A DNA stretch of 64,000 nucleotides from Mobula hypostoma (taxonomy: Eukaryota), in NCBI RefSeq assembly GCF_963921235.1, contig NW_026948140.1, forward strand, positions 558,001 to 622,000, written 5' to 3'. The translations under genes were made by a program, and so were the position numbers. The notes beneath the pieces were generated by a model, which searched no databases, was not told where the DNA came from, and worked only from the letters and a program-made list of their open reading frames with translations. Shown here piece after piece: positions 24,630 through 37,300 of this stretch; the first letter of the stretch is position 1, and each line of letters opens with the position of its first letter.

Positions 24630-27049
24630 CCTCCGAGAATGCCATAGAGAAACAACCGGTCCTCCACCAGCTTTGACCAGTCCTTGGCACTCATTACTGC
24701 CTCCCGCCAGAACAAGCCTCTCTCCTCCTCCTGCTCCTAGAGTAGCTCCCAGCCCTGCCGTTTCCACCGCCCTGGGAGAGGAACCCATGCAGCTGGGACG
24801 GAACCACCTTTCTCCCATAGAAAGACCCCAGAGATTGAGAGCGGGTGAGTGTCTATATTGCGGCCAGTCCGGCCACTTCCTTGCTACCTCTCCCCTTCAG
24901 CCAAAAGGGAAGGCTCACCAGTAGAAAGGGGGACCCTGGTGAGCCAGACAACATTCCCTTCTGTCCCCCGACCCCAGATGCAGCTTCAAGCCATTTTGTG
25001 TTACAACCAACAGTCCCTGCCTCTGTTAGCACGAGTGGACTCCGGCACTGAGGGAAACTTTCTGAATGAAAACTTAGCCTTCCAAGCCAGAATTCCTCGT
25101 GAGCCATTGAGTACCTCCCTGGAAGCCCGGGCATTGGATGGTAGACTACTGGCCTGAGTCACACACTGCACAGAACCCCTGCCTCTCCTTCTCTCTGGGT
25201 AACATCGGGCACCTTGGAAGAGTGAAGGGAGCTGAACATCCATTCATCGTCTGGATGGACCATAAATACCTGGCATACATCCAAACCGCTAAATGCCTTA
25301 ATTTCTGCCAAGCCAGTTGGGCATTATTTTTTGGCTGTTTCAAATTCACCCACTCCTATCGTCTGGGGTCCAAGAACGGGAAGCCCGATGCTCTCTCCCA
25401 TCAATACATCTCCAAGGAGGGCCTTCCCAACACCGATACCATCCTTCCACCATCCTGTGTTGTGGCTGCCCTCACCTGGGAGATCGAATTCATAGTCAAA
25501 GAGGCCCAATGGACTCAACCTGACCCAAGCAATGGACCTCCCAATCGTCTCTTCATGCCTGACTCTGTCCAGTCTCAGGTTCTCCAATGGGGACACACTT
25601 CTCGTTTCGCCTGCCATCCTGGAATCAATCGAACTCTGCCCTTTACGAAGCGACATTTCTGGTGGCCCACCATGGATGCTGACACTTGCTCCTTCATCTC
25701 TGCCTGTTCTGTGTGTGCCCGTGGAAAAGCCCCCCACCGACCACCTGCTGGGTTGCTTCGTCCCCGACCTGCCCTTGGCCACCCTTGGTCCCACATTGCT
25801 CTGGATTTCGTTACTGGACTACCCCCTTCACATGGTAACACTGCCGTACCCACCATGGTGGACCATTTCTCCAAAGACATGCACTTCATAGCCCTTCCCA
25901 AACTCCACACAGCCCATGAAACAGCCGACCTCCTTGTCCATCACGTCTTCCGCCTTCATGGAATTCCATAGAAACCATAGAAACTACAGCACAGAAGCAG
26001 GCTCTTTGGCCCTTCTTGGCTGTGCCGAACCATTTTCTGCCTAGTCCCACTGACCTGCACACAGACCATATCCCTCCATTCACCTCCCATCCATGTACCT
26101 GTCCAATTTATTCTTAAGTGTTAAAAAAGAACCCGCATTTACCACCTCGTCTGGCATTGTTTCTGACCGAGGCCCCCAATTCATCTCTCAAGTCTGGAGA
26201 TCCTTCTGTCAAACCCTTGGAGCCTCAGTAAGTCTGTCTTCTGGTTTCCATCCACAGACTAACGGTCAAACGGAACGTGCAAACCAGGATTTGGAAGCAG
26301 CACTGCGCTGCATATCTGCCAACAACCCGTCATCCTGGAGCACCCATCTTACTTGGGTGGAGTACAACTCCCTGGTCAGCACCGCCACCAGAATGTCTCC
26401 CTTTGAATGCTCCCTCAGTTATCAACCCCCTCTGTTTCCTGCCCATGAAGACGACATTGCTGTGCCTTCAGTTCAGGCCCATAGCTGCCGGTGCCACAAG
26501 GTCTGGAAGGATGCACGCGCGGCCCTGTTCCGCTCAGCTAACCGCAACCAGAAGATTGCCGATCGCCATCGAATTCCTGTGCCCAACTATCGGCCTGGTC
26601 AGAGGGTTTGGTTCTCTTCAAAAGACATCCCCCTCAAGAATGAACCCAAGAAACTTGCCCCTCGTTACCTCGGACCATTCGAACTTGAGAGCATCATCAA
26701 CTCCTCGGTGGTTAAACTCAAACTGCCCAGATCCATGCACATTCATCCTACATTCCACGTCTCCCAACTGAAACCTGTGTCTGTCAGCCCTTTGTTCTCT
26801 CCTGCTGAACCTCCTCCACCTGCTTGGATCATTGACGACTAGCCAGTTTACACCGTCTGGTGAATACTGGATGTGCGTTGCCAAGGCAGGGGTCTCCAGT
26901 ACCTGGTCGATTGGGAGGGATACGGTCCTGAGGAGTGCACCTGGATTCCCCGCTCCTTCATTTTGGACCCTTTCCTCATCCGAGATTTCCATCGAGACAA
27001 TCCGGCCAAGCCTTGTGGTTCTCCTGGAGGCTCCCGTTGAGGGGTATAC
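24630..27049 (+). mobile_element. Ty3/Gypsy chromovirus-type LTR retrotransposon internal region, RT deleted
   Basis: Gag knuckle CLYCGQSGH, protease VDSG, integrase H-H-C-C ([14 protein letters not shown]), [26 protein letters not shown] module and chromodomain [15 protein letters not shown]. Polypurine tract just before 27050. Confidence 0.92.
25968..26156 (-). mobile_element. CR1 3' tail inserted in Gypsy integrase
   Basis: Nearly identical to 51768-51956. Interrupts the integrase between HGIP and IVSDRGPQ. Confidence 0.88.
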
Positions 27050-27510
27050 TGTCACGGTCCTGACTGTTAATTCCCTATTTTCTCCTAATTCCCTTTGATT
27101 GTGCCATGGTTCCGACCATTAATTCCCCATTTTCTTCTAATTCCTTTGATGGCGGCACACCTGGTTTTCATCAAGACCTGCAGCATAAGAACCCCGGCCT
27201 TGCACCCACTAGTTACCAGATCGTTGGTTTTGCCAGTGTGGTAGTTAACATTTCCCGGCCGCTTAGGATTGTGTGTTCTAGGTTTTGCTTCAGTACTGAG
27301 ATTTACCTGTGTAACTCCGTCTCTCCGTGCTAAGAAAAGTTTTGTCTGCCGCTTTCCTTTCTGCGCACCGCGTCAAGATAAATTCTGACTGCCTCCGGCT
27401 TTCCTACATTCCCTCCTGTTTGCTGTTCAACGCTCACGCTGGCGTCTGCGTCCTAACTCAATCTCCGTGCCTGTGTCCTGCGTTTGGGTTCACCTCATTT
27501 GTTGCAACAC
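27050..27510 (+). mobile_element. Gypsy 3' LTR (3' terminus lost)
   Basis: Starts TGTCAC immediately after the purine tract gaggggtatac. Confidence 0.75.
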
Positions 27511-28038
27511 TGTAATGCTCTGTAAGGTTTCACTGCTAATGTAATTGTTTCTCTGTAGTAGCAGTGTTTGGGTTATAACTAGAGATAATGGGGGCTTTGG
27601 AATGTGTTGTTTCTTTCTTGTGTGCCTGAGAGAAGGGATTTGCGGACTTTTGTTGGTGAGACTAATGCGAGGGGGAAAACGTAAGTGGAGAGAGTCGGTA
27701 GACTGCTGGACGGAGTGGACTTGGAGCGAGGGTCCATGAGTCAACGACGCTCGGAGGTGGTCAATAGAGAATGGAAGGACGGAACCCTGAGCTCAATGTG
27801 CACTTTAGACTGATTCATTGAAATGGGCCCTTTTTCTTTTTGTTTTCTTTACTAACCCTATAGTCAGATTAAGAATTATAAAGCTGAATTGTTTGATTGC
27901 ATACAGGGTACTGCCTGATATTTTGCGGTTCAGATTTGTAACTGGGCAACACATCATGTAGCATCCGCACAAACGAGATTTCCCAGTTTGGCTGTCTTCC
28001 CCTAGACAAATGCGCGTTGGCTGAATCTAAGGATTACA
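27511..28038. mobile_element. LTR of the same family as 4881-5473
   Basis: TGTAAT...ATTACA termini. Shared blocks include tttcactgctaa, gtttgggttat, gggccctttt and aagaattataaag. No TSD seen. Confidence 0.8.
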
Positions 28039-28355
28039 CTTCTATATTATGTATTGTATTGAACTGCTGCTGCTAAGTTAACAATTTCATGACACATGCT
28101 GATGATAATAAACCTGATTCCGATTCTGATTCATCAGCACTGGGGAAAAAAAGATGAGGAGTCAGAGTAAGGAAGTGGGGGGAGGGGAGGAAGAACACAA
28201 GATACCTCTACAGATTTGTTCCTCTAAATCCCTAGGACTATTGGGTGCTCTGTAATTAGCCCCATTAATGTGGTCATACTTTTCTTATTACTCAGTTCCA
28301 ACCATAATGGCTCACTAGATGAGTTCTCCAGTCTCTCCTGACTGAGAACTGATGT

Positions 28356-28642
28356 TAAAAACACAAACAACAGGAATTCTGCAGATGCTGGAAATTCAAG
28401 CAACACACATAAAAGTTGCTGGTGAATGTAGCAGGCCAGGCAGCATCTCTAGGAAGAGGTGCAGTCGACGCTTCAGGCCGAGACCCTTCGTCAGGACTTA
28501 CTGAAGGAAGAGTAAGTAAGGGATTTGAAAGTTGGAGGGGGAGGGGGAAGATCCAAAATGATAGGAGAAGACAGGAGGGGGAGGGATGGAGCCAAGAGCT
28601 GGATAGGTGATAGGTAAAAGGGATACGAGAGGATCATGGGAC
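28356..28642 (-). mobile_element. PLE-A tail with HHR, inserted in a CR1 endonuclease fragment (28200-28890)
   Basis: Reverse complement of 12230-12515. HHR at ~28463-28498. Confidence 0.85.
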
Positions 28643-28999
28643 CTCTCCTTCTTTAATCCCTCCAAGTCTATCATGTTAAAAACAATGGAGCCCCAGAATA
28701 TTGAGTGGCCAGTCTTGCCCCTCTGGCAAGCAAGTCTCACTAATGGCTAAAATATCATTATTCTATGTGTGATCCATGCCCTGAGCTCATCTGCCTTTTC
28801 TACGATACTTCTTGCATTGACTAATACATAGCCCAGGATATCAGTCACATCATACTCAACCTTTTGGTCCTATATTTTGTATAAGGTCTTAACAACATCT
28901 GACTTTGCAGCCACTCCACCATCTGTTCTGGCACCCTGGTTCCCATCCCTCTCCTAATGATCCAAAAATCTTACACCCTCCCTCCTACATCAACTCCTT

Positions 29000-29905
29000 G
29001 GTCACATGTATGTCTACAGGACCAGTGTTTTGTTCCGGATGCCAGATGTGGGATTTCGGGCAGACTACCAGTCTCCCTGATGGCCACATCTGCACCATGC
29101 ATCGAGATGCAGCTCAGGAACTGTGTTCAGGAACTGGAGCTGCAGCTCAATGACTTTGGCTTGTTAGGGACAGTTAGAGGTGATAGACAGGAGCTGCAGG
29201 GAGGTAGTCAACCCCAAAGGTACAGATGACAGATAAATGGGTGACTGCCTGGAGAGGAAAGGGAATTGTCAGATAGTGGACAGCAACCCTGTGGCTGTCC
29301 CCCTCAACAATAAGTACTCCATTTGGACTACTGTTGGGGGGGGAGGTGGGGATCTACCTAGGGGGAAGCAACAAAGGCCGTGCCTCTGGCACTGAGTCTA
29401 TCCCCATGGCTCAGAAGGACAGGAAACTGAAGAGGATGAAAGCAGTAATAGGGGATCCTATAGTTAGGGGGACAGATAGGTGACTCTGTGGATGCGAAAA
29501 AGAAACATGGATGGTAGTTTGCCTCCCAGTTGTCAGGGTCCTCAATGTTGCGTCCACAATATCTTGAAAAGGGAGGGTCCGCCGCCAGAAGTTGTGGTAC
29601 AAATTGGTACCAATAGCATAGGTAGAAAAGGGGAGCAGGTCCTGAAAACAGAATACAGGGAGCTAGAAAGGCATTGAGAAGCAGGACCTCATTGGTAGTA
29701 ATCTTGGGATTTCTGCCTGTCTCACGTGACAGTGAGGATAAGAATGGAATGAGGTGGCAGATAAATGCATGGATGAAGAATTGGAGCAGGGGGCAGGGAT
29801 TCAGACCTCCTCTGGAGCAGGTGTGATCTGTACAAAAGTGACAGGTTGCACTTGAAAGTGAGGACCACCACTATTCTTGTGGAATTTACTAGAGCTATTG
29901 GAAGT
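29000..29905 (+). mobile_element. CR1 ORF1 fragment (zinc finger, coiled coil, SGNH esterase), degenerate
   Basis: CSGCQMW...CT, VIGDPIVRG (GDS block), VVVQIGTNSIG and DRLHL. Confidence 0.8.
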
Positions 29906-31375
29906 GTACAACCCCCAGATCACAGCACCCAGTCCCTAAAAAACCTCCAACCCCAGAAGCAATAACTCCACCATTTTGCCAGTTGTCACCCCACCTTGCT
30001 TCGCCATGAATCCTCCACCCCCATTACTTAGCTCTACCCCCGGGAAATCCCCCCCCATAACACCCCTCAATGACTACTGCCCCACCCCAAGATCACAGCA
30101 CTCAGTCCCCGAAACCCCCCTCCCGACCCCAAAACACTATCCATAAGCAATGACTCCATCATTTTAACTTAAACTCCAGAATGGAGGTTAACGAGGAGGA
30201 AGATTCTAATAAAGCGAAGTCGGGGACTGAGATGATGACAACGTGGGCCAAAAACAATGTGGCAGGGTGAAGTGATACTGCACCAGTACGAGATCCACAA
30301 ACACAAGAGGGATACTTTGCCCATTGGAGAAGTGAGATTGGCAGACAATTTACCTTTAACAGTTTAAACAAACAAGGCAGGCTGGTATCCCAGCAAAAGT
30401 CAGAGGCTGCAGCGGAACTGGTCAAACGGGTTTGGTCAAGCAATGCCGAGAATGGATGGGGTGGGTACAGTGGAACATTCCACGGGGGGGGGGGGGTGGC
30501 ACAGAAACCTACCTTTAAACAGAGAGCACCTGAGTTTTTACCGCACATTCCCTTGAGGAAGCCACAGGAGAGGCGAAACTGGAGACTCTCCCAGTTACTG
30601 CACAACCCACAGATCACAGCACCCAGTCCCTAAAAAAAACCCCAACCCCAAAAACACTATCCATAAGCAATGACTCCATCATTTTAATTTAAACTCCAGA
30701 ATGGAGGTTAACGAGGAGGAAGATTCTAATAAAGCGAAGTCGGGGACTGAGATGATGACAACGTGGGCCAAAAACAATGTGGCAGGGTGAAGTGATACTG
30801 CACCAGTACGAGATCCACAAACACAAGAGGGATACTTTGCCCACTGGAGAAGTGAGATTAGCAGACAATTTACCTTTAACAGTTTAAACAAACAAGGCAG
30901 GCTGGTATCCCAGCAAAAGTCAGAGGCTGCAGCGGAACTGGTCAAACGGGTTTGGTCAAGCAATGCCGAGAATGGATGGGGTGGGTACAGTGGAACATTC
31001 CACGGGGGGGGGGTGGCACAGAAACCTACCTTTAAACAGAGAGCACCTGAGTTTTTACCGCACATTCCCTTGAGGAAGCCACAGGAGAGGCGAAACTGGA
31101 GACTCTCCCAGTTACTGCACAACCCACAGATCACAGCACCCAGTCCCTAAAAAAAACCCCAACCCCAAAAACACTATCCATAAGCAATAACTCCACCATT
31201 TTGCCAGTTGCCACCCCACCCTACCTCCCTTTGCCGTGAATCCCCCACCCCCAACACTTAAACCTACCCCCGGGCCTTTCCCCCCACAACACTCCTCAGT
31301 GAGCTATTGCCCCACCCCAAGATCACAGCACACAGTCCCTAAAAAAAAACAACCCCAAAACACATGGGCAATAAC
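29906..31375 (+). repeat. PLE-B derived tandem array (~520-bp units) with HHRs
   Basis: 30130-30650 and 30650-31170 are near-identical. HHR remnants at 30548-30596 and 31064-31113. Confidence 0.9.
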
Positions 31376-33985
31376 TCAAACACGAGGAATTCTGCAGACG
31401 CTGGAAATTCAAGCTACACACATCAAAGTTGCTGGTGAACTCAGCAGGCCAGGCAGCATCTCTAGGAGGAGGTACAGTCGATGTTTTGGGCCGAGACCCT
31501 TCGTCAGGACTAACTGAAGGAAGAGTGAGTAAGGGATTTGAAGCAACACTCACAACATGCTGGAGGAACTCAGCAGGTCAGCATCCGTGGAAAAGATCAG
31601 TCGACGTTTCGGGCCGGGACACTTCGCCGGGACTGGGTTTGAAAGTGGGAGGGGAAGGGGGAAATCCAAAATGATAGGACAAGACAGGAGGGGGAGGGAT
31701 GAAGCCAAGTGCTGGACAGGTGATTGGCAAAAGGGATATGAGAGGATCATGGGACAGGAGGCCCAGGGAGAAGGAAAAGGGGGAGGGGGGAAAACCCAGA
31801 GAATGGGCAAGGGGTATAGTCAGAGTGACAGAGGGAGAAAAAGGAGAGTGAGAGAAAGAATGTGTGTATATAAATAAATAACGGATGGGGTACGAGGGGG
31901 AGGTGGGGCATTAGCGCAAGTTAGAGAAGTCAATGTTCATGCCATCAGGTTGGAGGCTACCCAGACGGAATATAAGGTGTTGTTCCTCCAACCTGACTGT
32001 TGCTTCATCTTTACAGTAGAGGAGGCCGTGAATAGACATATCAGAATGGGAATGGGACGTGGAATTAAAATGTGTGGCCACTGGGAGATCCTGCTTTCTC
32101 TGGCGGACAGAGCGTAGCTGTTCAGCAAAATGATCTCCCAGTCTGCGTCAGGTCTCGCCAATATATAGAAGGCCACATTGGGAGTACCGGTCGCAGTATA
32201 TCACCCCAGCCGACTCACAGGTGAAGTGTCGCCTCAGCTGGAAGGACTGTCTGGGGCCCTGAATGGTGGTAAGGGAGGAAGTGTAAGGGCATGTGTAGCA
32301 CTTGTTCTGCCTTCAAGGATAAGTGCCAGAGGGAGATCAGTGGGGAGGGATGGGGGAAATGAATGGACAAGGGAGTTGTGTAGGGAGTGATCCCTGCGGA
32401 AAGCCGGGGGGGGGGGGGGAGGGAAAGATGTGCTTAGTGGTGGGATCCCGTTGGAGGTAGTGTAAGTTACGGAGAATAATATGTTGGACCCGGAGGCTGG
32501 TGGGGTGGTAGGTGAGGACCAGGGGAACCCTATTCCTAGTGGGGTGGCGGGAGGATGGGGTGAGAGCAGATGTGCATGAAATGGGGGAGATTCGTTTGAG
32601 AGCAGAGTTGATGGTGGAGGAAGGGAAGCCCCTTTCTTTAAAAAAGGACATCTCCCTCATCCTGGAATGAAAAGCCTCATCCTGAGAGCAGATGCGGCGG
32701 AGACGGAGGAATTGTGAGAAGGGGATGGCATTTTTGCAAGAGACAGGGTGAGAAGAGGAATAGCCCAGATAGCTGTGAGAGTCAGTCGGCTTATAGTAGA
32801 CATCAGTAGATAAGCTGTCTGCAGAGATAGAGACAGAAAGATCTAGAAGGGGGAGGGAGCTGTCGGAAATGGACCAGGTAAACTTGAGGGCAGGGTGAAA
32901 GTTAGAGGTAAAGTTAATGAAGTCAACGAGCTCAGCATGCGTGCAGGAAGCAGCGCCAATGCAGTGGTCGATGTAGTGAAGGAAAAGTGGGGACAGGTAC
33001 TAGAATAGGTTTGGAACATAGATTGTTTCACAAAGCCAACAAAAAGGCTAGCATAGCTCGGACCCATACGGGTGTCCATAGCTACACCTTTAGTTTGGAG
33101 GAAGTGGGAGGAGTCAAAGGAGAAATCATTAAGAGTAAGGACTAATTCTGTTAGACGGAGCAGAGTGATAGTAGAGGGGAACTGATTAGGTCTGGAATCC
33201 AAAAAGAAGCAGAGAGCTTTGAGACTTTCCTGATGAGGGATGGAAGTATATAGGGACTGGACATCCATGGTGAAAATAAAGCAGTGGGAGCCAGGGAACT
33301 TAAAATCATCCAAAACTTTAAGAGCGTGAGAAATGTCAGAAGTGACCCGATGCAGACTGGGAGATCGTTTTGCTGAACACCTACGCTCTGTCCGCCAGAG
33401 AAAGCAGGATCTCCCAGTGGCCACACATTTTAATTCCACATCCCATTCCCATTCTGATATGTCTATCCACGGCCTCCTGTACGGTAAAGAGGAAGCCACA
33501 CTCAGGTTGGAGGAACAACACCTTATCTTCCGTTTGGGTTGCCTTCAACCTGATGGCATGAACATTGACTTCTCTAACTTCCACTAGTGCCCCACCTCCC
33601 ATTCGTACCCCATCCATTATTTATTTATATACACACATTCTTTCTCTCAATCGATCTTTTCTCCCTCTGTCCCTCGGACTATACCCCTTGCCCATTCTTG
33701 GGGTTTTTTCCCCCTCTCACCCTTTGCCTTCTCCCTGGGCCTCCTATCCCATGATCCTCTCATATCCCTTTTGCCAATCACCTGTCCAGCTCTTGGCTCC
33801 ATCCCTCCCCCTCCTGTCTTCTCCTATCATTTTGGATCTCCCCCTCCCCTTCCCACTTTCAAATCTCTTACTAGCGCTTCCTTCAGTTAGTCCTGATGAA
33901 GGGTCTCGGCCCGAAACGTCGACTGTACCTCTTCCTAGAGATGCTGCCTGGCCTGCTGTGTTCACCAGCAACCTTGACGTCTGTG
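31376..33985 (-). mobile_element. PLE-A copy with inverted 3' segment (33340-33985)
   Basis: FTMDVQSLYTSIP, QTKGVAM and GIY-YIG on the minus strand. The plus-strand copy of the GIY-YIG end and tail mirrors 31430-32155. Confidence 0.92.
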
Positions 33986-33999
33986 GGCAATAACTCCAC

Positions 34000-34305
34000 C
34001 ATCCAGAACGAGGGGTCCCAGTTTGAGGATAGAGGGGAAGCCTTTTAGGACCTAGATTAGGAAAAACTTCTTCACATAGAGAGTGGTGAATCTGTGGAAT
34101 TCTCTGCCACAGGAAACAGTTGAGGCCAGTTCATTGGCTATATTTAAGAGGGAGTTAGATACGGCCCTTGTGGCTCAAGGCATCAGGGGGTATGGAGGGA
34201 AGGCTGGTACAGGGTTCAGAGTTGGATGATCAGCAATGATCATACTGAATGGCGGTGCAGGCTCGAAGGGCCAAATGGCCTACTGCTGCACCTATTTTCT
34301 ATGTT
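34000..34305 (+). mobile_element. CR1 3' end
   Basis: RKNFFT-RVVNLWNSLP coding followed by the tail ending cctattttctatg. Copies at 41404-41705 (-), 44205-44525 (+) and 51040-51355 (-). Confidence 0.88.
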
Positions 34306-37300
34306 TTAACTTGAACTCCAGAATGGCAGTTAACGAGGAGGAAGGCCAAATAAAGACAAGTCAGTAACTGAGATGATGAGAATGTGGGCCAAAAGCAAGT
34401 TGGCAGGGTGAAGTGATACTGCATCTCCAGTACGAGATCCACTAACACTAGAGGGATATTTTCCCTACTGACTGCATACTCGTATCCTAACCAGAAGTGA
34501 CACATCCCTCATCATCCTGGTCCTCAAAAGCCAAAGTAAATCCATGAAGCTAGGAAAACGAGCACAGTTTACTGTGGTTAGGCCCCAACCCACACATCAA
34601 TTAACCACAAGCTGCTACCACTTTCTACCCACAGAGCAGTGAACCAACAGGTTGAACACTAAAGTCACAATTAAAAATGTAATCGTAAACGGAGAAATTG
34701 GATGAAATCTAATCTTAACTCTAGCTAGATATTAAAGGAATAGAAATAAAAAATTAGGGGCTCAAGGAATGGAGAAGATCAGGAAATAAATAGGAAAGTG
34801 AGATTAGCGGACCATTTACCTTTAACATTTTAAACACACAAGGCAGGCCTGTATCCCAGTAACAGTCAGGGGCTGCAGCGGAACTGGACAAACAGGTTTG
34901 GTAAAGCAATGCCGAGAATGGGTGGGGTGGGGGATAGGGTGGAACATTCCAGAGAGGGGAGACACAGAAACCCACATTTAAACAGAGCAACACAAATATA
35001 AAATGCTGGTGAATGCAGCAGGTCAGGCAGCATCTATAAGAAGAGGTACAGTCGACGTTTCGGGCTGAGACCCTTCGTCAGGACTAGAGAGCACCTGAGT
35101 TTTTACAGCACATTTCCTTGAAGAAGCCACAGGAGAGGCGAAACTGTAGACTCTCCCAGTCACTGCACAACCCACAGATCACAGCACCCAATCCATAAAA
35201 AAAACCCCAACCCCAAAACACTATCCATAAGCAATAACATAACCATTTTGCCAGTTGCCACCCCACCCCACAACCCTTTGCTGTGAATCCTCCACTCCCA
35301 TTACTTAATTCTACCCTCGGGCCTTCCCCCGTCCCATAACACCCCTCAGTTAGCGACAGCACAACCCCCAGGTCGCAGCACCCAGTCCCTGAAAAAGACT
35401 TACATAAGAAATAACTCCACCATTTTAACTTAAACTCCAGAACGGAGGTTAACGAGGAGGAAGATCCTGGTAAAGGGAAGTCGGGAACTGAGATGATGAC
35501 AACGTGGGCCAAAAACAAAGTGGTAGGGTGCAGTGATACTGCATCTTCAGTACGAGATCCACAAGAGGAATACTTTGCCAACTGGAGAAGTGAGATTAGC
35601 GGACAATTTACCTTTAACGGTTTAAACACACAAGGCAGGCCGGTATCCCAGCAACAGTCAGGGGCTGCAGCAGAACTCGACAAACAGGTTTGGTAAAGCA
35701 ATGCCGAGAATGTGTGTGTGTTGGGGGGGGGAATAGGGTGGAACATTCCAGAGGGGGGAGACAGACAAACCCACGTTTAAACAGTGAGCACCTGAGTTTT
35801 TACCGCACATTCCCTTGAGGAAGCCACTGGAGAGGCAGAACTGGAGACTCTCCCAGTCACTCAACAACACCCAGTCCCTAAAAAAACCCCAACCCCAAAA
35901 ACACTATCCATAAGCAATAACTCCATCACTTTGTCAGTTGCCACCCCACCCCACCTCCCTTTGCCGTGAATCCTCCACCCCCATTACTTAACTCTATGCC
36001 CGGACCTTCGCCCCCCCCCCAATAACACCCCTCAATAAGCTACTGCACAACCCCCAGATCAGAGCATCCAGCCCCTGAAAAAGACTCCCAACCCCAAAAC
36101 ACTCTACATAAGAAATAACTCCACCATTTTAACTTAAACTCTGGAACGCAGGTTAACGAGGAGGAGGATCCTAATAAAGGGAAGTCAGTAACTGAGGTGA
36201 TGAGAATGTGGTGGCAGGGTGAAGTGATACTGCATCTCCAGTACGAGATCCACAAACACTAGAGGGATATTTTGCCCATTGCCTGCATACTCGCATCCTA
36301 AGCAGAAGTGACACGTCCCTCATCATCCTGGTCCTTAAAAGCCAAAGTAAATCCTTCTTCTTCTTTTAAATCTTTTTATTGAGTAAGTATACAAAAAAGG
36401 TAAGCCATATAAACATTAATACAATGTTAAAGTATAATAAAATTCCAAAAGGTAACAATACCAAAAGGAAAATACTACAAACAATGTAATTTAAGCATAA
36501 GAAACCAAGATAACATAATAGTATACTAAATTTTATATATATCAATGGAAAAAAAAAGAAAAAAAAACCCCCCAAAAAAAAACCCACCGTGCAGCTAACT
36601 AAAAGCAAGGCAAAGCAATGGGCTAACTTGAAACCAAACAGAGTTAAACTTAAAATCACGTCCTCAATCCCGACCTCCATTAAAAACAGTGAAAAAAAAA
36701 ACAAGAAGGGTAAATATTACATTAAATGAAAATATCGAATAAAAGGTCCCCAAATCTGTTCAAATTTAAATGAAGAATCATAAAGGTTACTTCTAATTTT
36801 CTCCAAATTCAAACATAAAATCGTCTGAGAAAACCAAAAAAAGGTAGTTGGAGCATTAAGCTCTTTCCAATGTTGTAAAATACATCTTTTCGCCATTAAA
36901 GTAAGAAATGCAATCATTCTACGGGCTGAAGGGGAAAGATTACTAGAAATTTTAGGTAGTCCAAAGATAGCAGTAATAGGGTGAGGAGAGATATCTATAT
37001 TTAATACCTTAGAAATAATATTGAAAATATCTCTCCAAAAAGTTTCCAAAGTAGGGCAAGACCAAAACATATGAGTTAAAGAGGCTATCTGCCCCGAACA
37101 TCTATCACAGAAAGGATTAATATGCGAGTAAAAACGCGCTAACTTATCTTTGGACATATGTGCTCTATGAACCACTTTAAATTGAATTAGGGAATGTTTA
37201 GCACAAATAGAGGAAGTATCAAAGTAAATCCAAGAAGCTAGGAGAACTATCACAGACTACTGCGGTTAGGCCCCAACCTGAACATAAATTAACCACAAGC

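Noticed and set aside
27507..28042. Target-site duplication for the second LTR
   Set aside because: The flanks ACAC and CTTC do not match.
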